Positions 11,397 to 21,781 of a DNA stretch of 30,088 bases are shown one piece after another (within the stretch, counting starts at the first letter, position 1; each line of letters starts with the position of its first letter). The notes under the pieces are model-generated. The model ran no database searches, was not told where the DNA came from, and saw nothing but the letters and a program-made list of their open reading frames with translations. This DNA comes from Macrostomum lignano. Lineage: Eukaryota. The position numbers were made by a program, and so were the translations under genes. Location: assembly GCA_002269645.1 (NCBI GenBank), contig NIVC01004959.1, forward strand, positions 1 to 30,088, in the 5' to 3' direction.

Positions 11397-11563
11397 ATGG
11401 AACCAGAAGCCGAGCAGGATTTTTTATTGTGCAGCGCTCCCTTTCGATCTGTGCAAAGTCACACGCAGAAGGCATTCTGTAACATCAATCAAATGCGTTT
11501 AGAAGGTCAACTGCTGTGCGATGTTGTGCTGGAGGCAGGCACAGAAGAAATTCCTGCACATAG
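11397..11563 (+). CDS. KLHL2/3: Kelch-like BTB-BACK-Kelch protein, first recognisable coding exon (frame is open upstream to an acceptor at 11268)
   Basis: MEPEAEQDFLLC...HTQKAFCNINQMRLEGQLLCDVVLEAGTEEIPAHR is the BTB N-terminus (LCDV.L....EIPAHR). Donor AG|GTAAGC at 11564, phase 2. True start is uncertain. Confidence 0.85.
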
Positions 11564-11722
11564 GTAAGCAAGTGTACACTACAATTTTTTCTTTCAATGT
11601 CAGGTCGTCTTTTAGTCTCGCACATCCTATAAAAATTTGATAAGCATAGTCAAACGTTGCCGGATCGATTGCGCTGTAAGTATGCAGATTGTACATTTAT
11701 ATAACCCCAATTGCTTCCGCAG

Positions 11723-12161
11723 GGTGATACTGGCCTCTTGCTCGCCATACTTTCGCGCCATGTTCACCAGTGAGCTCAGTGAATCACGCCAGTCTCGGGT
11801 GCGCATGCACCAAATCGATAGCCGAGTTTTATCCGCACTTGTTGACTTTATTTATACCACTGAGATACACGTTACCGAGGACAATGTCCAGGCGTTGCTC
11901 CCAGCAGCAAATTTGTTACAACTGGCTGAAGTTCGAGAAGCGTGTTGTGATTTTCTACAGGGCCAGCTACACCCATCCAACTGCCTAGGCATTCTGCGCT
12001 TTGCCGATATGCACTCTTGCACAGAGCTGTACAATGCGGCTAGACAATATGCTGAGGAGTACTTTAGCAAGGTTATGCAACATGTAGAAGAGTTCCTTCA
12101 GCTTTCGTATGACCAGGTGCGACAGCTGGTCTGTTCTGACCGGCTCACATGTTCTGCCGAG
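11723..12161 (+). CDS. KLHL2/3: Kelch-like protein, exon encoding BTB and BACK domains
   Basis: Acceptor ccgcAG at 11721-11722 restores HR|VILASCSPYFRAMFTSELSESRQ...NVQALLPAANLLQL..VREACCDFL..QLHPSNCLGI..FADMHSC...CSDRLTCSAE. Donor GT at 12162. Confidence 0.95.
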
Positions 12162-13500
12162 GTTTGTATAGGCAAGATTCATCTGTACCATTTCGAACTT
12201 GAACGTACTGCGGAAAATGTCAGTTTTCCGAATGCGAGCGTACAGTGTCTTAAAAATGCTGTTAGGCTGTTGTTTAAAAATGATTGGAAATAGCCAATTG
12301 CGGGTACATAATTTTTTCTAATATGATTTGAAGGTAGTTGGAAATTAGCTCAAATATTTCCTTGTAATACTAACTAAGCTGATCGCTTCACACTAGCTCA
12401 TTGACTTTCTTTCTTCTCTGGTAGCCTATCTTTTTTGCTTAACGTATTTTTCACTTTGGTCCAAAAACGTAAAAAGTTACAGAAATTTCAGACAGCTTAA
12501 TATTTTGATAGAAGTACGGCTCGTACATTGTAACACGATTTAAATGTGTAAAAGCGTGCATTAAACGCTAAAAGCGTGCTTAAATAGCTCGTGATCGCGT
12601 ATTGGCTTGAGTCATTTAATGCACGATAAATATATATATATCGTGATTACAATACTACTCAATACTTGGTTTTTCTGACCTTAATTTCTATGGCAATCGT
12701 GACTAAGACATTTAAGCACTAAAAACCAAGTACTGAATCCTATATTCAGAAATCAAACAAAATTGTATTCGACAACACTCACCTAGTGTTTTAGTATCTG
12801 TGGGCAAAAGTGACTTCAATTTTGCTTTGACGATGGCGCCGCTAGTTTCCGTACTGTCTGCACTGTGCCAGCTGTGACGTCGTAATAGAGCCTACAGCAG
12901 ATTCTCAGCCTCCTGAAGCTGCAGGAAGTTTCATTCTGCATTGCCGCAGAAAAAGAGATTGCGAACGCAGTCCTTGGGCTTCAACGCTGCCCACCCATGT
13001 CTGGTGCGAAACCTCCCGTAGTGAATTCCCAAACGCCACTCGGGTGAACATTCAGAAATCTATCGGTGACATCAGATTGCAGGCATTGCAATACAAACAA
13101 GCAGTTAAGGAACTCGGGTGTTGCAAGGCGTCTGCTGCAGCCTTTTTATGCGAGAGCCTCCCTGGACCTTTCGGACAGCTCAGTGGGTTTACACCTGTTG
13201 GTTTTGTCACAAGCAGTCTTTTTAATAAAGAACTGGGTTCAAAGAACTCCATAGTTGCGAGACGAATTCTGATGCTTGGGTGAAATACCTTGGAGTTTAA
13301 AGGCTCGTGTGGCGAGCCGCCAGTTCTTACAGGAATTCAGTGTGCGCGTCTGTTGAATGGAGTGGACGTCTTGAAAATTATGCTGATGACAGGAGCATTC
13401 TGTGTTGTGCCAGTAGTCCTCCGCTGCTTTAGAAAGGTGAAGAGATCTTGCTTTGGCATGGAGACAACTTTGAGAGCACGATCAGGGCTTTTGAAGTTTA

Positions 13501-13781
13501 CTCAGCAACATTGAAAAGTCGCCACCCTTTGCCCCAGTGAGCATGCAGTGTCTTTCGACCAGCGTATCACCTGGCCAACCACTGATATTAAAAAATGCTC
13601 TAAAAACTATGAAAACCTGGCGGAAGCTTCAATCCATCCAATCTTCGCCCTCCGCTCTTCCCAATCCCTCCTCACCCAGCCCAACTGTGCGTCACGTGGC
13701 GCAAGTTGCGTCACTCAAAAGTCAATACTGAGCTGGAATTTACTGCATTCTCAAAGGTGGCGACTTTTTAATGTTGTCGAG
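13501..13781. mobile_element. 281-bp MITE with ~30-bp TIRs and TA flanks, in the kelch intron
   Basis: CTCAGCAACATTGAAAAGTCGCCACCCTTTG (13501-13531) versus CAAAGGTGGCGACTTTTTAATGTTGTCGAG (13752-13781). TA at 13499-13500 and 13782-13783. Confidence 0.7.
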
Positions 13782-14326
13782 TATAGCTTATCTAGACCTC
13801 GGAATCCGAGTCCCTCCTTAGGTTTATACAGTTGTAAGACTACGTTATAGTTTCTTTGTCTTCAAAGGACAATGGGCGAGCCGATGAAAGGGCTTGGAGA
13901 CAATTGGATGGATTAAATGTTTGAATTGGTGCATTATTGACTTCAATCGCATGTGAAGCAACAGATTCCATGTTGGCTTTGTTTTTTTATTGCTGTTCGA
14001 TTGCGTTAGTGCGTTGTCACCTACTGATTGCATTTGAAGCGAGACACTAAACGGCTGAAGTTCTGTAGGTAATTTGATCTAAAAGAATTTGTTCCACGTT
14101 TTCATAATCGTAGCTCGTATGACATCATACTTCATCTGGTGAGTTGCTGTGAGTTGCTAATATAATGTCTTAATTATTTGTTGAGACATTGCATTACATT
14201 TTCACTTGTATGTCTGTACTGGATTTTTTTTGGGTTACTTGTATCAATAGTATTTAAACAATAAAATGTCGAACATTGAGAAGTTTTATTTTTAATCACT
14301 GCATCTCATTTTTATCAAACACACAG

Positions 14327-15460
14327 GTCGAAGTGATTGAAGCCGTGTTCAAGTGGATCAAGCACGACCTCTCAGGCAGGCAACACCACGCTGACTCGCT
14401 TCTATCCCATGTGCGGTTCGCTCATCTTCCACAGGAATACCTATTACACATAGTCGAGGAGGAAGCACTGCTAAAAGAAAGCCTGCGGTGCAAGGATTTT
14501 CTGATAGAGGCGCTGCGCTATCACCTACTTAAGCCCGACCAGAAGGCTAAGTATCGTAGCGAACGAACCCGGCCGCGCAACCCTGTTGGCCTACCCAAGA
14601 TCCTGATTGTAATAGGTGGCCAGGCACCGAAGGCAATTCGTACGGTAGAGTGCTTCAGCTTTAAGGAGGAGCGCTGGTATCCGGTCTCCGAGATGCCTTC
14701 CCGTCGTTGCCGCTGTGGCGTAGCGTTAGTTGGCGGTCTAGTCTATGCCGTCGGTGGCTTCAACGGTTCTCTGCGTGTGCGCACCTGTGAAGTTTATGAT
14801 CCAGTCCGGGATGAATGGGCCACTGTGGCTAACATGGAAGCTCGCCGGTCCACTCTCGGCGTAGCATCGCTTGATGGTCTTGTGTATGCCGTCGGCGGCT
14901 TTGATGGCTCAAGTGGCCTTAACACGGCTGAAGTCTACAACCCAGCCGGTAATAAATGGAGCCTCATCGCTCCCATGTCCACACGGCGCAGCTCAGTCGG
15001 TGTAGGTATCCTTGCCGGCTGTCTCTACGCTGTCGGAGGCTACGATGGACAGAGTCGACAGTGTCTAGCCAGTGTAGAGCGCTATGATCCGGCTCAAGAC
15101 GCCTGGCACCCAGTGGCTGACATGACCTGCCGCCGCAGCGGCGCTGGCGTCGGCACCCTGGATGGCCAACTTTACGCTGTCGGCGGACACGACGGGCCAC
15201 TTGTTAGGAACAGTGTTGAGCGGCTAAATCCATGCTCCGGCTCTTGGTCTGTTGTGGCTAATATGCATCTTTGTCGGCGTAATGCTGGTGTTGTCGCCTA
15301 CAATGGTTTTTTATTTGTGGTTGGTGGTGATGACGGCTCCTCAAATCTGGGATCTGTGGAGCGGTACGATCCTCGAACGGACTCTTGGGTGCTTCTGCCC
15401 AATAGCATGATGACGGGCCGCAGTTATGCCGGTGTGGCAGTTATTGATAGTCCACTTTAA
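14327..15460 (+). CDS. KLHL2/3: Kelch-like protein, terminal exon (end of BACK plus six kelch repeats)
   Basis: Acceptor acacAG at 14325-14326 gives LTCSAE|VEVIEAVFKW. GGQAPKAIRTVEC, RRCRCGV, YAVGGFNGSLRVRT, RRSTLGVA, RRSSVGVG, RRSGAGVG, RRNAGV and the terminal SYAGVAVIDSPL* are characteristic of the KLHL2/KLHL3/Drosophila kelch group. AATAAA at 15479. The three exons total 1740 nt, giving 579 aa. Confidence 0.96.
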   Translation, partial: VEVIEAVFKWIKHDLSGRQHHADSLLSHVRFAHLPQEYLLHIVEEEALLKESLRCKDFLIEALRYHLLKPDQKAKYRSERTRPRNPVGLPKILIVIGGQAPKAIRTVECFSFKEERWYPVSEMPSRRCRCGVALVGGLVYAVGGFNGSLRVRTCEVYDPVRDEWATVANMEARRSTLGVASLDGLVYAVGGFDGSSGLNTAEVYNPAGNKWSLIAPMSTRRSSVGVGILAGCLYAVGGYDGQSRQCLASVERYDPAQDAWHPVADMTCRRSGAGVGTLDGQLYAVGGHDGPLVRNSVERLNPCSGSWSVVANMHLCRRNAGVVAYNGFLFVVGGDDGSSNLGSVERYDPRTDSWVLLPNSMMTGRSYAGVAVIDSPL

Positions 15461-16139
15461 CATTTGGTCTCGTTTTTTAATAAAAACATATAGGACCGAG
15501 AAGTCTGAGTTACTGCTATAGACTTGTGTAAATAGGTTATTTCTGCGTGGTAGTTTGATATTTGACTCATTTACATCATGATCTATCAGTTGACGATATT
15601 TTTCTCTTATCGCTTAAAACTCCGTTGTTAAGTCTTGTGTTTAGTATATTTCTGTGCCCAGGTTTCAAGTGGCAACTAATTCGTATTACTTGCTCTAAAA
15701 ATAGTTTAGGCCACTGTTAGCTAGCTAGTAAATACAGTGAATTACTAGCTGTAGCCGATTGATTCGGTTCAGCAATAGTGTTTCTGCTGTGTTCGTTATG
15801 TTTTATACTTGAAGATAGGGGCATAGGCGGATGTAATAAGTAGCAGTACTCGACTGAAAAATACGAGTAGTATATAAATGCAAAAGATGAGCTCATTTTT
15901 GATGCAAAAAACGTTTTGTTTGTTTGGTTTTAATCTTTACATAGGGATACGCTCGTATGTTAATGAATTGATTCTAGAGATAGCTCGTAGCTTCACCTCG
16001 GGATATTCTCTATGGTTATATTCTCGTTCCAGTGTTTTAGCTCGTAATCTGCTTACATAGTTTGTTGTTTTTCCAAAATTTTGTATCAAAACATTTCGCA
16101 TGTATGCCGTGTGGCTTGTATTTTTGTGCTAATATACTA

Positions 16140-17407
16140 TAGTATAGTTATAGCTTTTGTCGCGCTATGTGAACACTGGGCCTGCAAAACGGAATTCTAT
16201 GGCCAAGCGTTTAAACGAGACATAGACAACTCGATTTGTCATGCTAGCTATATGGAGCGATAAGCCGGAATAGAAGGAACGGTTAGAATTCTTAAAGAAA
16301 GAATAAAAACTGTCAATAATAATGAATATTTTTTCACAAATTGATAGCATCAAAATGTACTTAGCTCTTAAACAGGTCAACTCTTAAACAGATGTCGCCG
16401 CAAACACTATTAAAGCAATATGTTGCAGCGCAGCTCCCAACCAGTGCATTTGTCAACAGTGATTGCTTGGCCAACGGTTTCTGCCGCCTCTCGCTCGAGT
16501 AACAAGAATCCACTGCTCAAGTGTCACTCCTTCAGGATTTGTGTTGAAATTCTGTTTCGGGAAAATGTGGGCCATCCATAAAAATTACCCAGTTTTCGTT
16601 AGGCCCCAGTTGATGGCAGCGGTCTGCTAAGTGGCAGCTTCCAAACTGCCGGCTTGATTGAATGTTGACCGAATGCGCTGAACAGAAGAATCGGATACTC
16701 TTAACACCCTTCATCGGCAGTCCACAGTGCAAGGCGGCGACGATACGCTGTGGATCACGTTCAGAAATTTGCGGACCCTTATAGTTTAACTCGATTAACC
16801 GATAGAAAATGAAAACGTCTTGTTGTCTCTGTGAAAAAACTCAAACCGGTCCTTCTATTCTGACTCGTTCCATAATTCTGGGGGGGGGTTTCGTCCATAA
16901 CTTGGGTGCGATTTCGCACCCTGTGCTAGATTTCAGGGTGCGATTTTCAAGATCAGGATGCTATTCGCACCCATTCGCACAAAAAAACCCAGGCTGTCCA
17001 CCATTCAGTATTCAATTCATCAGGTTCTGCTTACCAAAATTTAATCGACAGTTGACAATTTCTTAAATTACATTAATTAATGATTCAAAAAATTACTGGC
17101 TAATTCTAAGAATACGAAGTTACGGACTTAAGACATCCATAACACTAAATTGTGAAATCCGCATCACATCCTTGCAAAAAATTCTGGTGCGCTTTTCGCA
17201 CCCTGAGTCAAACTTCAGGGTGCGATTTTAAGATCAGGATGCTATTCGCACCCATTCGCACAAAAACCCAGTTCCATAATGCATGACAAATCGAGTTCTC
17301 TTATGGCTTGCTTTCTTGAGTTAGTTCAAAGGCTTGGCCATAGAATTCTATAGGCCGTTCCGTTTTGCATGCCCACTGTTCCACATAGCACGACGAAGGC
17401 AACACTA
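16140..17407 (-). mobile_element. Decayed ~1.27-kb DNA transposon with ~120-135-bp imperfect TIRs, possibly Tc1-like
   Basis: ~16140-16260 is an inverted, gapped match to ~17270-17407 (shared GCTATGT.GAACA.TGGGC.TGCAAAACGGAA, TTCTATGGCCAAGC, AACTCGATTTGTCATGC). Minus-strand fragments at ~16440-16768 (ISERDPQRIVAAL..G; VQRIRSTFNQAGSL; RRQKPL) resemble a broken Tc1 N-terminal HTH region. Confidence 0.5.
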
Positions 17408-18283
17408 TTATTGTGCAGAATTTTATCCGCACACTAGAAATGCTGACTGATTAGTCAAGAGTCGATAAAAATTTATCACATGCCCTTGCATCCAAACGTA
17501 ATTGATTGTTAAGTCATGTTTAATCTGTTCAAATAGATTCGTATGGCGGTATGAAACTTTAATGTTTCTAATAAAGAAAATTAACAAATGATAAATATTT
17601 GAACTCCTACATGTACCAGTATCACTTTTAAAAAGCCTATATCGGTTTCTTAAACGATCTGTAATCAGGTTTATGCAAATAGACATATAAGATAGGCACT
17701 AGACAAATTTATTAGTTGAATCGATGGTTGAGGTTTTAAAGCTAGTACTATCTGCTGGGATCGGCGGTCCTACCGTTATTTCAGCAGGCTAAGGTGGTGT
17801 GAGATGATTTGAGGCGCAAGTGGTGAGTGAGTGCAATTCTTTTACTCAATAAATGCTAGGAAGATAGATACTCGATCGATTACTTTAAGCGTTTAGCTCT
17901 CGGTGAAAAAAATTAACTAGACTTGCAGGCGTGGCCTGGGCCTGGGGTATAGATCTACGGACGTGCCTTTTCTCAGGCCACTCCGATCGGTTCGCAATTC
18001 TAGGCAAAGTAGAATCGCGGGGTGCAGGCGGCGTCAACCCCTCCCTTGGGCAAAGCCAATTATTAAATGACTTTATGCACTTTACTTTTTTACTAATTAT
18101 ATACCGTGATCGCAAATTGTCAAAGCAGAATCCACCTTGATCATGTGTAGTTCTATTGTTAAAGCACACTTGGCAAAAGAATAATGATCGCATTAATTTG
18201 CAGGGAAGACTTTTTTCAGTGGGCTCTTGCGCTGGCGAGTCTACATGTATACACTAAATTCCTAATTCCCAAGAGTGAGAGTT

Positions 18284-18538
18284 AAAAATGGAAAATGGCA
18301 GCTCAGTCGGCTATTGCGCGGTGCATCTGAAGGCTGCGTACGGCTGTTCAGTCCAATGATCGCCGCACATCCTCAATTGCCCCAGCTAATTCTGGCACCC
18401 ATTTTACAGCTGCGTAATAGCAATGCAGAGTTAAGTGTCCTGCTCAAGGGCACAAATTGTTCCAGTGAGATCGGGAATCGAATATTGAACCCCGACCTCC
18501 CAGTCGAGGATCCGACACTGTATAACCACTAAGCCCCC
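18284..18538 (-). mobile_element. tRNA-derived SINE with a CORE-like central domain
   Basis: Minus strand shows an A-box GGCTTAGTGG and a B-box GGTTCAATATTCGATTCCC (apparently with a small insertion). These are followed by GTGCCCTTGAGCAGGACACTTAACTCTG...CAGCTGTAAAATGGG, which resembles the MIR/CORE motif CCTTGGGCAAGTCACTTAAC...CATCTGTAAAATGGG. The tail is a CCATTTT repeat. Confidence 0.75.
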
Positions 18539-18571
18539 TCTGGAAAATAAACAAGATAACACCACAAGATA

Positions 18572-19542
18572 CTTCGGGTGTGTCATAGTAATGTCACTGC
18601 AGGCTTCTGTCTAAAATATGTAGGCACATGGACTTGTGGGTAGTGTAGCTGCAAAGTATACTTAGTGAAGCAATACCAGTGCATTTGAGACGTGCATAGG
18701 TTGTTTATAGCCCAAGCTATCGCAAGAATACGCCAAGCAGATTTAGCAAGTGCAACGCGATGAAAAATCGTCTATGCAGCGAACAAAAATCACCATGAAT
18801 CTCGACAAGACGCCTGCATCAAGCAGATCCGCAAGGTTTTCAGCAGGCGGGGCTTGAATGACATCCTAAACTGCCTGGTTGCTGAGGATGAAAGCTGGCT
18901 CCACCTGGATGGCAAGGGCAGCAAGGCAGACAATCGCTGCTGGCTGGGAGCTGGGGACTCCAGGGCGACTGTGACCAGGAAGTCCATCTTGGACAAGAAG
19001 ACCATGCTGCTGGTAGCCTTCACGCCAAATGAACGAGTCTCCATCTGCACAACTCCACCGAACACCAAAGTCGATGGCCAGTATTTTATCGACTTTATCC
19101 GGCACACTGTGGACCTCTGGCGCAATCTCCGGTAAAATCCATGTCACCTGGACGAGGTTCTGTGGCAGATGGACACCGCACGGCTGCACACCTGTAAGGC
19201 TGTTTCGAATGTTCTGCCTGCACGGCGAGTGAATCTGCTCTGACAGAGTCCCTACAGCCCGGACTTCAACTTGTGCAAGAGATTCCTGTTCAAATGGCTG
19301 AAGGCTGACTTTTCCAAGAAGAGTTTCGCAAACCATGAAGAGGTAAAACAGGCCGCGTTGCACTGGTTACGGCAGTTGGAGGAAAAACACCTGTAGGCTG
19401 AGGTGGACAAGCTGTATGAGCACTGCCAGAGGGTGATTGATATTGGGGGACTCTATGTTGTTGAGTGGTACAGTTTTGTTCATCTGCGATTGCAAGTTCG
19501 TCTGTTTTCACATCAGTGACATTACTTATGACACACCCGAAG
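18572..19542 (+). mobile_element. Mariner (DD34D-type) transposon, internally deleted, TA TSD
   Basis: TIRs CTTCGGGTGTGTCATAGTAATGTCACTG (from 18572) and CAGTGACATTACTTATGACACACCCGAAG (to 19542) differ by one indel. TA at 18570-18571 and 19543-19544. At 971 bp it is shorter than a typical ~1.3-kb mariner. Confidence 0.9.
18782..19470 (+). pseudogene. Mariner transposase catalytic domain with three in-frame stops
   Basis: A single frame reads LNCLVAEDESW...KKTMLLVAF...NTKVDGQYF...LR*...LWQMDTARLH...LL*QSPYSPDFNLCKRFLFKWLK...HL*...CQRVIDIGGLYV. There are 34 residues between the D of MDT and the third catalytic position, which here is K instead of D. No HTH N-terminus is recognisable. Confidence 0.88.
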
Positions 19543-19609
19543 TAGTCTGCGAATCTTGTCAGATTCACTACCGATTTCCTTGTTTGGGGTGCGAAACTGG
19601 TGAAACCAA

Positions 19610-19935
19610 CGGATTCGTCACCAGGTGATCTTTGTGAATTTCACCAGATAACATGGCCCGAATCTTGCTTAGAAATCATTACATGACAAGATTCGTCACC
19701 AGATAATTTTTGTTTGACTGTTTGACTGTTATCTGGTGAGTTATCTGAATTTCACAGGATAACATGGCTTGAATCTTGTTTGAAAATTGGATAACAATAC
19801 AAGATTTCAATCAAGATAACTGTGTGTTATCCGGGTCTGTAAGAAACCTGTGTGAATCTAAAATTCGCCAGATAACATGATGCGAATTTGGTTTGCAAAC
19901 CAGATAATAGAACAAGTTTTCATCACGATAACTTT
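19610..19935. repeat. Three diverged ~112-bp tandem units
   Basis: An AATTTCACCAGATAACATGG.CCGAATCTTG-like core recurs at ~19637, ~19748 and ~19862, each followed by an ACAAG.TT...AGATAA motif. Confidence 0.65.
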
Positions 19936-20407
19936 ATCAAATGGCTTAAGGCAGCTGCTATGCTGACCTGCGAGGGGTAAAGTGCTATATATCAGCAAAC
20001 GCTGTGCAGGTGATAGCTTTGTTGGCTCTCCGACAAACTAATGCATTCTTATTGGGCTAGAGGTTTGACTCCTAATGACATGTAGTCTGTCGCTGTTATT
20101 TAGTGTATCAGATCACCCTATTGTCTGGTGCAGCTGGGTGTCTAGATGGAGCTGTGGCATGGTTCCAAAAGCTCCTACTGGCCCAGTGTCTAAGGTAGCC
20201 TTTTCTATTTTAAGACACGTTATTCTAGCTCTTGCTGGAGCATGCCCAATGGGTTGTCTAAAAGCGTCTACTGTGTTGGTGTATGGCCACCAGCGAGGGG
20301 TAATGGAACCCTGCTTCAACCGACGAATCAGAGTTGAGCAGTTGACTGAAAATTCTGACCTGCGAGGGGATATCATCACGTCTGTTGTGGCTCAATGCAG
20401 CTGCTAA

Positions 20408-20650
20408 GAGTAGTCACTTTTATTTGACTACGCGGGTCAATCTTTGATCCGAGGAGTCATAAAGCCTCGTGATGGAGTAGTCACTTTTATTTGACTACGC
20501 GGGTCAATCTTTGATCAGGAAAGAATCAGGAAATCGGCAAGTCGGGATTCGGCAAATGAGGAATTTCGGCAAATCGGGAATTTCGGCGAACCAGGAATCG
20601 GCGACTCGGGATTCGGCGAGCTGGGAATCTGGATTCGGCGAATCGGGGGT
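20408..20650. repeat. Identical 42-bp direct repeat pair followed by an array of ~15-bp GGAATCGGCGAATC-like units
   Basis: GAGTAGTCACTTTTATTTGACTACGCGGGTCAATCTTTGATC at 20408-20449 and 20475-20516; (A/T)TCGGC(A/G)A motifs repeat about 7 times in 20520-20650. Confidence 0.8.
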
Positions 20651-20655
20651 AAACC

Positions 20656-21177
20656 GAGCATAGTATTGGTTTTGTCAGCCTAACTGAGAAAGAATAAAGC
20701 CATCCAAAGTGAGAATCCTGCCTACGCTGACTGCGAAGGGCCTGGCTGCGTGCAGCCTTAGTCTATGGGCCATAGACAATAAAGGACAAGCAAAGTGATA
20801 AAAAGCCATCCAATGTGAGAATCGATTGGTCTATGCGTCGTATTCTTTTATTTTTATACCTTCTGAGCCATATGACTAGCCAATAGCTTGAACGGAATAA
20901 CGGAAACAGGAACACACTGGATGATGTCTTTTTAAAATTTTGCTTGTCCTTTATAGTCTATGGCTCATAGAATAGGCTGGACGCAGCTAGGCCCTTCGTA
21001 TTCAGCGTAGGCAGGATTCTCACATTGGATGGCTTTTTATCACTTTGCTTATCCTTTATAGTCTATGGCCCATAGACTAAGGCTGCACGCAGCCAGGCCC
21101 TTCGCAGTCAGCGTAGGCAGGATTCTCACTTTGGATGGCTTTATTCTCAGTTAGGCTGACAAAACCTATACCAGCTC
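20656..21177. mobile_element. Foldback/MITE with ~155-165-bp TIRs built from ~107-bp internal repeats
   Basis: ~20668-20823 is a near-perfect reverse complement of ~21015-21166. The right arm carries an extra diverged unit (~20940-21015 onward). No coding signal. Confidence 0.85.
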
Positions 21178-21781
21178 ACATCGGAATATGCCTTCAGCCA
21201 ATAGGAAGGAACGGGGAAAGGGATGCTATAAGTGAAGATCGAGCGAGACAAAAATAACTGGCTCAGATTAGCACTCTATTTTATTCTTTCATCTATGGCT
21301 AAACCCCCCACTGCACATTTGAGTGGCATCTTGTCTAGCTTTAGTAGTGCAAGTAACTAGCTGTTTATAAACGTATACCCCAGAGAATTTTGTTCTAATT
21401 TTAGTGTATGGATTGTCTATGGTCGAAAAGTAGGAGCTCGAGAATTTGGGATATTGGCAGGAAAACTGGGGTATGGACGTAATTTTCTATTACTATTATT
21501 GGCTTTAGCTTTAATAGCTACATTGGCTCTCTATATTAGCTCGGTACTCTTTGGGCTAAAGTGTAACGTAATTTCTTTGATGTATATTTTTATTTAGCGT
21601 GAGCGATCTCCACAAACAACGGAATTTGTCAGCAAACAGATCAGTGCGCTAGTTGTAAAGCAGGCACCTTTAAAATAACCATTTTTTCATTGATTTCGTA
21701 CAAGTAAACTTAACAGCTACGATAATTTTAAAGCACAACTCTAAACTACGTGTACGCATGATAAAGTCTAGGATATAAACT

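Noticed and set aside
12840-14050. GC-richer patch in the kelch intron with several 60-100 aa ORFs, as a nested gene or transposase
   Set aside because: No recognisable motif in the frames I translated. Only the 281-bp MITE is supported; a TBLASTX/HHpred search would be needed.
9623-14326. ORF-track starts at 9623, 11262, 11637 and 14276 as real initiation codons
   Set aside because: They lie in intronic sequence upstream of the identified AG acceptors (9674, 11268, 11723, 14327).
15458-15560. Drosophila-kelch-style stop-codon readthrough into a second ORF
   Set aside because: The stop is TAA, the frame closes again within about 7 codons, and AATAAA follows at 15479.
17423-17686. 87-aa minus-strand ORF in AT-rich DNA
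   Set aside because: No motif, splice context or TE hallmark to support it.
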